64,000 bases of DNA from Acidobacteriota bacterium (lineage in GTDB: Bacteria > Acidobacteriota > UBA6911): NCBI GenBank assembly GCA_963664705.1, contig OY761556.1, positions 416,001-480,000 of the forward strand, written 5' to 3'. The position numbers and the translations under genes were made by a program. Under the pieces are notes generated by a model that worked only from the letters and a program-made list of their open reading frames with translations, did no database searches and had not been told where the DNA came from. Shown here one piece after another: positions 58,085-64,000 of this stretch (position 1 is its first letter; every line of letters begins with the position of its first letter).

Positions 58085-60505
58085 ATGTCCGTCCGCTCGA
58101 TTCAAAGGGGAATTTTGCTCCTATTGGCACTCATTAGCTTTACGGGTGCGGCATTTGCACAAAGCCAGGCTGGTGAACAAGATGCTATGGGTGCATATAG
58201 ATCGCTCCACGACTTCACACTCAACGGAGGCGATGCAAAGGTCAGCAACCTTACCTTGAAGAGGGATCGAGCCGTCATGACGTTCACCGGTACGTTCTAT
58301 TTCCCGAAATCGGTGCTTGGGAAAATCACCGGAGCTGTTTTTGTTGGTGAGGGCAAGTTCCGTGCAGAGCCGCCTGCCATGGCTTTTGAAAAAGAGAATT
58401 TGCGCAGGATGCTGAGTGCGGATGTGGTCGAATCGGATTTTAGGACAGCAGTTTTGCGGTTTACGGATGATACCTTTTCAATAATCGGCCAATCTCATGA
58501 ACCCACGGGGACGGCGCCCAAGGAGGCTCAGGATCTTGCCATCGAGACGGAGCAGCGGACATTGCGTGAGACGGGAGCCAACTATGCCTCACGAATACTG
58601 GTTTCACTGCTAAATGGAGAGAATCCGGGCGTTTTCATTGCCCAGTTTGACAAAGGGCACCGGGGTCGTTTTGCCATGATTTTGGATATGCAGGGTCGGA
58701 TCCCAACCGTCCATTTCACAATCAATGGAGGCGAGAAGGGACTGATTTATTCATACAACAAGTACCAGATGGCGAATGATGTCTGGCTGGCCTTCTATTC
58801 GGAGCAGGATTATGCAGCGGGGACGGCCAACTATTCGGACTCTTTTGATCAGATTGCCGTATCTCATTATGACATGAAAGTGGATTTGCGCGATCCGCGC
58901 AAAGTGCTCAAAGTAAATGCCAGAATGGATGCCAAAGCGCTTTCCACCGTGCGGGCTATCTCGTTTGCATTAAGCGAGGATTTGCCCGAGGACGAATCTC
59001 TCAGGAAAAAGAAGGGGATGCACGTGACTGCCGCGCGCCTGGCGGACGGCACGGCGCTTGCAGCCATCCAGGAGGAATGGGAGGCGGGTTTTCTGGTGAT
59101 TCTGCCGGCCACGCACGCCGCCCAGGAACAATTCACGATAGAGACCGAGGTGGAGGGAGACTTTATTTACGATCTCTCGAATACCTATGATTGTCACTAT
59201 CCATTTATCAATGGACAGTGGTACCCGAGGCACGGGTATCTTGCCCGTTCCAAATTCGACATCACCTTCGTTCACAACAAGAAATACAAGGTTGCCGGTC
59301 CGGGTGAGCGGATTCGAGAAGAGCGCGCATCCGGAAATCCCGACGAAATGGTCACATCCTATCGCATGGCCGAGCCAGTAGCGCTGGTAACATTTGCCAT
59401 GGGGCCATACAAGGTCTATCAGGAAAAGCGCACGGTACAGAAGAACGAAATGCCAATCGAGTTTTTCTCCTTGGCTGGAGTGCAGGTCGGGGCTACCAGC
59501 CGGTTGACGATCAAAGAGGATTTTGTGCTTGCAGAGCTGGGCAATTCACTGGACTATCTGAGCGCGATGTTCGGGCCCTATCCATATCCGGTCTTCAGAG
59601 CCGCTTTCCACCCGTTCCGCTATGGACAGGGCTTTGCCACCATGCTGGCCATTCCCAATGCCGATTCGGCAACCAGCCGGACATTCGCCTTTCTTTCACA
59701 CGAAACGTCGCATCAGTGGTGGGGAAATGTGGTCGCCTGGCGATCCTATCGGGACCAGTGGCTTAGCGAGGGTTTTGCGGAATATTCCGGAGCGCTTTAT
59801 GTGCAGACTCGGACCAAGAAAAGCGGAGATGTGCGCGATGAGATTAACGACATGCGCAACTCTTTGAAAGAGCCTCCGGATACCAATACCGGAATCGGTT
59901 CCAAACGCGTGGTAGATATCGGTCCGCTGATTCTCGGCCACAGGTTGCGCAGTCGAGAGTCGCTGAATGCCTATTCGATTCTTACCTATTCAAAAGGGGC
60001 GCTCGTATTACGCATGCTTCATTTTTTACTCACAAATCCCAATGACGGCAATGGCCAGGCATTCTTCGACATGATGAAGGATTTTGTGGATCGCTTTCGT
60101 AATGCTGCAGCCTCAACCGAACAGTTTGAGGCTGTGGCCAGCGAACATTTTGCGCGTACGCCCGTTGCAAAAAAGTATGGTCTAAAGGACCTCCGCTGGT
60201 TTTTCTCCCAATGGGTGTATCAGACAGCGCTCCCCTCCTACCGCCTGAACTATTCCATTGTGGAAAACCAGGATGGGACGGCAAATATCAGCGGAACTGT
60301 CTTTCAAGAGAATGCGCCTTCATCCTGGGGAATGCCGATACCATTGGTCATTAAGTTTCCCGGGGGGCAAATGGCCCGTGGAACTGTCCTGGCAAATGGG
60401 CCACAAAATCCTGTGAATATACAGTTGCCGAAGAAGCCGGAGTCTGTAGAATTGGATCCTGATCATTGGGTGCTTTCGGAAAAAACACTGACAAAAAAAC
60501 AATGA
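58085..60505 (+). CDS. Secreted M1-family (gluzincin) aminopeptidase-like protein
   Basis: Signal peptide; HETSH-x18-E (WLSEGFAEY); catalytic Tyr in TYSKGA. Confidence 0.87.
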   Translation: MSVRSIQRGILLLLALISFTGAAFAQSQAGEQDAMGAYRSLHDFTLNGGDAKVSNLTLKRDRAVMTFTGTFYFPKSVLGKITGAVFVGEGKFRAEPPAMAFEKENLRRMLSADVVESDFRTAVLRFTDDTFSIIGQSHEPTGTAPKEAQDLAIETEQRTLRETGANYASRILVSLLNGENPGVFIAQFDKGHRGRFAMILDMQGRIPTVHFTINGGEKGLIYSYNKYQMANDVWLAFYSEQDYAAGTANYSDSFDQIAVSHYDMKVDLRDPRKVLKVNARMDAKALSTVRAISFALSEDLPEDESLRKKKGMHVTAARLADGTALAAIQEEWEAGFLVILPATHAAQEQFTIETEVEGDFIYDLSNTYDCHYPFINGQWYPRHGYLARSKFDITFVHNKKYKVAGPGERIREERASGNPDEMVTSYRMAEPVALVTFAMGPYKVYQEKRTVQKNEMPIEFFSLAGVQVGATSRLTIKEDFVLAELGNSLDYLSAMFGPYPYPVFRAAFHPFRYGQGFATMLAIPNADSATSRTFAFLSHETSHQWWGNVVAWRSYRDQWLSEGFAEYSGALYVQTRTKKSGDVRDEINDMRNSLKEPPDTNTGIGSKRVVDIGPLILGHRLRSRESLNAYSILTYSKGALVLRMLHFLLTNPNDGNGQAFFDMMKDFVDRFRNAAASTEQFEAVASEHFARTPVAKKYGLKDLRWFFSQWVYQTALPSYRLNYSIVENQDGTANISGTVFQENAPSSWGMPIPLVIKFPGGQMARGTVLANGPQNPVNIQLPKKPESVELDPDHWVLSEKTLTKKQ

Positions 60506-60972
60506 AAATAAATAAAAGAGAAAAGCTTTTGGATCGGATGGGGAAATCCTGGCTTGATTTCTGCCAATCCTACGACGGCCTGTCGACCAAGGATATGCAA
60601 AAAACCGGGGTAATCGGGCAATGGTCTGTACGGGACATTATTGCTCACGTGACAACCTGGGAGGAAGAGACCCTGAAGCATCTCGCTGCCATGCTTCGAG
60701 GCGAAAAATGCCCGCGCTATTCCGTGAAATATGGCGGCATCAACGCCTTTAATGCATTGATGACAGAGACAAAAAAGAATCTCTCGTTTCCTGAAGTAAT
60801 CCGGCAGCAGGAAGATGTTCATGCGCAGGTGCTGCGTTTTATTGCATCGGTTCCGGAGGAATGCCTCGACAGCAAATCCCGATTCCGCCACAGGCTTCGC
60901 ATGGACACCTACAGTCATTATCCGAAGCATGCCCAGGCGATACGCCGGTGGCGCGCGTCGGAGATCGGTTAG
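60502..60972 (+). CDS. DinB/DfsB-like four-helix-bundle protein
   Basis: WSVRDIIAH..WE and HYPKH motifs; ATGA overlap with the upstream stop. Confidence 0.8.
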   Translation: MKINKREKLLDRMGKSWLDFCQSYDGLSTKDMQKTGVIGQWSVRDIIAHVTTWEEETLKHLAAMLRGEKCPRYSVKYGGINAFNALMTETKKNLSFPEVIRQQEDVHAQVLRFIASVPEECLDSKSRFRHRLRMDTYSHYPKHAQAIRRWRASEIG

Positions 60973-61029
60973 TCCATTTATCCGGGAAATGCCGACATTC
61001 CGTGTCGCAAGAAGGAATCAGGGGATTGA

Positions 61030-62049
61030 ATGATGATCAACATAAAAAACCGACAATTAGGTTTGAATGGCCCCTCCGTTTTTCCCGTCGGTCTTGGATG
61101 CATGGGAATGACGGGGATCTATGGTCCCTCCGATGAAGACGAAGCCATTGCAACCATTCATGAAGCCCTGGACCGAGGGGTTTCGCTCATCGATACCGGC
61201 GATTTTTATAATATGGGGCTCAACGAAATGCTGGTTGGACGCGCTCTGCGCGGACGCCGGGACCATGCGATTCTGTCCGTCAAATTTGGAGCCCTGCGTG
61301 CGCCGGATCAATCCTGGATGGGATACGATGCCCGCCCGGCGGCCGTAAAAAATTTCCTGGCCTACACACTTAACCGGCTTGGCGTCGATTACGTCGATAT
61401 CTATCGTCCGGCGCGTCTTGATCCTGCGGTTCCAATTGAGGAAACGATTGGAGCAATCGCCGATATGATCAAGGCCGGCTATGTTCGCTACGCCGGCCTG
61501 TCCGAGGTGGGGCCGGAGACTATCCGAAGGGCTCATGCGGTTTCCCCGATCTCCGATCTTCAAATCGAATATTCGCTCATCAGCCGCAGCCCTGAAAATC
61601 GGATTTTTCCCGTGCTGCAGGAACTCGGCATTGGCGTTACCGCCTATGGAGTTCTTTCCCGCGGATTGCTGAGCGGATGGAACCCGTCTCAGGCTGGTGA
61701 TTTCCGCGCCTTTATGCCTCGTTTCAGGAAAGAGAATCTCGCTCAGAACCGGAATCTTGTGGCAAAGCTTGGCGAATTTGCATCTCGAAAGGGGATCAGC
61801 CCTGCGCAATTGGCGATTGCCTGGGCTATGGCGAAAGGGGAATCCATTGTGCCGGTTATGGGGGCACGCACGCGCAAGCAGCTTGCGGAATGCCTGTCGT
61901 CGCTGGAAGTGGTTTTAACGCTGCAGGAGATGACGCAACTGGAGCAGGAAGTCCATCCCCTGGCAATCGCGGGCGACCGGTATGACGCGCATCATATGAG
62001 CATGCTGGACAGCGAAAAAAATACGAATGACGAATTGAAGGGCAACTGA
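61030..62049 (+). CDS. Aldo/keto reductase
   Basis: GLGCMGM, DTGDFY, SVKFG, GLSE, QIEYSL and AQLAIAW motifs. Confidence 0.95.
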   Translation: MMINIKNRQLGLNGPSVFPVGLGCMGMTGIYGPSDEDEAIATIHEALDRGVSLIDTGDFYNMGLNEMLVGRALRGRRDHAILSVKFGALRAPDQSWMGYDARPAAVKNFLAYTLNRLGVDYVDIYRPARLDPAVPIEETIGAIADMIKAGYVRYAGLSEVGPETIRRAHAVSPISDLQIEYSLISRSPENRIFPVLQELGIGVTAYGVLSRGLLSGWNPSQAGDFRAFMPRFRKENLAQNRNLVAKLGEFASRKGISPAQLAIAWAMAKGESIVPVMGARTRKQLAECLSSLEVVLTLQEMTQLEQEVHPLAIAGDRYDAHHMSMLDSEKNTNDELKGN

Positions 62050-62074
62050 TCTTCAACTCGTCATTCGCATATGG

Positions 62075-63928
62075 CTATTCTACGGTAACGCTTTTTGCCA
62101 GGTTTCTTGGCTGATCCACATCGCATCCGCGCAGGATGGCAATGTGGTAGGCAAGCAATTGGAGCGGAACAATCATCAATATCGGCAAGATGTAGTCGGA
62201 TGCCTCCGGTATCCGGATGACATGCTCGGCGATGCGCGATATCTGGTCATCGTCCTCATTGGCTACGGCAACAATGATCCCTTCGCGAGCCCGAACCTCT
62301 TCGATATTGCTGATCATCTTTTCATAGCGAAGCATGGATTTCTGATTCTGCGAGTCCCTGGCTGCCAAAGTTATTACCGGCAAATTTCGGTCAATGAGCG
62401 CATTGGGTCCGTGCTTCATCTCTCCGGCTGGATAGCCTTCCGCATGGATGTAAGAGATTTCCTTCAGCTTCAGGGCTCCTTCCAACGCGATGGGATAGTG
62501 GATGCCCCTGCCGAGATAGAGCGCATTATTGTGACGGTAGATCGTGCTCGCAATCTTTTCGCAGACGGGTCCCTGTTCGAGTATCTGCTGCACCGTGTGC
62601 GGCATTTGCCCCAACCCGGATAACAGCGCGTTGGCCAACCCCGGCTGAAGGCTCTTACGAATTTGGGCCAGGTAGATAGCCAACTGCAATAGCACCGTCA
62701 TCTGGCAGGTAAAAGCCTTTGTCGAAGCGACGCCGATTTCGGGGCCGCTTCGAATATACAGATTTCCTTCGCTTTCCCTGGAGAGCATGCTTCCGACAAC
62801 ATTGCAGATTGAGAGGATGCGGGCTTTTTTGCTCTTTGCTTCTCTCACCGCGGCCAGGGTATCCGCTGTCTCGCCGGATTGGCTGATGGCGATTACAAGT
62901 GAGTTCTGATCGACCAGCGGATCGCGATAGCGGAACTCGGAGCCATAATCAACCTCCACCGGAAGACGGGCGAGTTCCTCGATCAGGAACTTGCCCACCA
63001 GGGCGGCATGCCAGGACGTGCCACAAGCAACGATGTGGACTTTTTGAATCCTTGCAAGCGCTTCTTCGGGTATTTTGGCTTCTTCCAGCAATACCCGCCC
63101 GGCATCCAGGGATATGCGGCCGGCAATGCTCTCCTGCAGACTCCTGGGTTGTTCGTATATTTCCTTGAGCATGAAATGGGGGTAGCCGCCTTTTTCGGCC
63201 ATTTCCGCACTCCACTGTACTTCCTGGGGCGTAAAGCTGATTTCCTTGCCGTAGAAATCCTTCAGGACGATTCCATTCTTGGCAAGAATGGCCATTTCTC
63301 CGTCCTGCATGAAATACATATTGCGGGTATGTTCAAGCAGTGCAGGAACGTCCGATGCTACAAACACTTCGTTTTCGGATATGCCCAGGACCAGTGGCGG
63401 GCCGCTGCGCGCAGCGATGATTGTGTTTGGGCAGTCCGAGCAGATCAGGCACAGGGCATAACTGCCGCGCAGCTGTTCCAATGCGACTCTCGCCGCTTCC
63501 TCAAAAGATCTCCCCGGCAGGAGCGATTCTACAAGATGGGCAATGACTTCCGTATCGGTCTCGGTTGCGAACTTGTGATTGCCTTGTTGCAGCCTGGTCT
63601 TCAGTTCGAGATAGTTTTCGATAATCCCGTTGTGGACCACAATGACTTTTCCTGAGCAGTCTCGGTGCGGGTGTGCATTGGCCTCCGTCGGACGACCATG
63701 TGTCGCCCAGCGCGTATGGCCGATTCCATAATCTCCAGCCAGCGGATCCGCTTCAAGCGATCGGACCAGGTTTACCAGTTTCCCGGGGGCCCGACGTATC
63801 TGCACCTGCTGGTTTTTCACCACAGCCAGACCGGCGGAATCATAGCCTCGATATTCGAGTTTTTTCAGTCCGTTGATAACAACGGAAACAACCGATTTGG
63901 GTCCTACGTATCCAACAATCCCACACAT
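62075..63928 (-). CDS. glmS: Glutamine--fructose-6-phosphate aminotransferase (isomerizing)
   Basis: MCGIVG, LEYRGYDSAG, GHTRWATHG, SQSGETADT and PRNLAKSVTVE motifs. Confidence 0.98.
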   Translation of the reverse strand: MCGIVGYVGPKSVVSVVINGLKKLEYRGYDSAGLAVVKNQQVQIRRAPGKLVNLVRSLEADPLAGDYGIGHTRWATHGRPTEANAHPHRDCSGKVIVVHNGIIENYLELKTRLQQGNHKFATETDTEVIAHLVESLLPGRSFEEAARVALEQLRGSYALCLICSDCPNTIIAARSGPPLVLGISENEVFVASDVPALLEHTRNMYFMQDGEMAILAKNGIVLKDFYGKEISFTPQEVQWSAEMAEKGGYPHFMLKEIYEQPRSLQESIAGRISLDAGRVLLEEAKIPEEALARIQKVHIVACGTSWHAALVGKFLIEELARLPVEVDYGSEFRYRDPLVDQNSLVIAISQSGETADTLAAVREAKSKKARILSICNVVGSMLSRESEGNLYIRSGPEIGVASTKAFTCQMTVLLQLAIYLAQIRKSLQPGLANALLSGLGQMPHTVQQILEQGPVCEKIASTIYRHNNALYLGRGIHYPIALEGALKLKEISYIHAEGYPAGEMKHGPNALIDRNLPVITLAARDSQNQKSMLRYEKMISNIEEVRAREGIIVAVANEDDDQISRIAEHVIRIPEASDYILPILMIVPLQLLAYHIAILRGCDVDQPRNLAKSVTVE

Positions 63929-64000
63929 GAGGCACCCCAGCGCAAGTCAAGTTTATATTAGGGATCCCGGCTGTCAGCGCCTTCACTTGCCCCGTCCCAA

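Noticed and set aside
63929-64000. glmS ribozyme
   Set aside because: Only 72 nt upstream are visible and no ribozyme core is recognisable, so it cannot be assessed beyond the window edge.

Overview
A 64-kb bacterial chromosomal segment with about 37 CDSs, probably from an anaerobic or microaerophilic Acidobacteriota. The taxonomy is inferred from the Oar-type TonB-dependent transporters, secreted M1 peptidases and TPR proteins. Main blocks: (i) a GT-C-like membrane protein, TIM-barrel isomerase, M1 peptidase and TPR protein; (ii) a redox/aromatic-catabolism region (7-33 kb) with a class III CoA-transferase, nitroreductase plus V4R-like partner, two paralogous TBDTs with a shared leader, two orphan xanthine-dehydrogenase-family Mo subunits, a tannase/feruloyl esterase, an FAD oxidoreductase, a Sec-less UGSC-like fusion, and an AOR-family enzyme with a Tat ferredoxin; (iii) housekeeping genes (queC, ABC-F, mscL) and a candidate ~180-nt 6S-like RNA; (iv) a PlsR/PlsA(Ger)-like putative ether-lipid operon; (v) a copper locus; (vi) a second M1 peptidase, DinB-like protein, aldo-keto reductase and glmS. 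The copper locus holds a giant secreted FN3-containing multicopper oxidase, CusB, CusA, an FKBP, a Cys/His-rich leader peptide ending in PTPPPK, and an OprC-type Cu transporter. The leader's Pro-Pro-Lys codons are exactly complementary to the transporter's Shine-Dalgarno, so this is the best candidate for a new system: a copper-sensing ribosome-arrest switch linked to copper supply for a secreted oxidase. Intergenic DNA carries inverted heptamer-repeat hairpins, one enclosing a decayed IS3 fragment, and REP-like palindromes. No rRNA, tRNA or CRISPR array was seen. All family assignments come from recognising motifs by eye, not from database searches.
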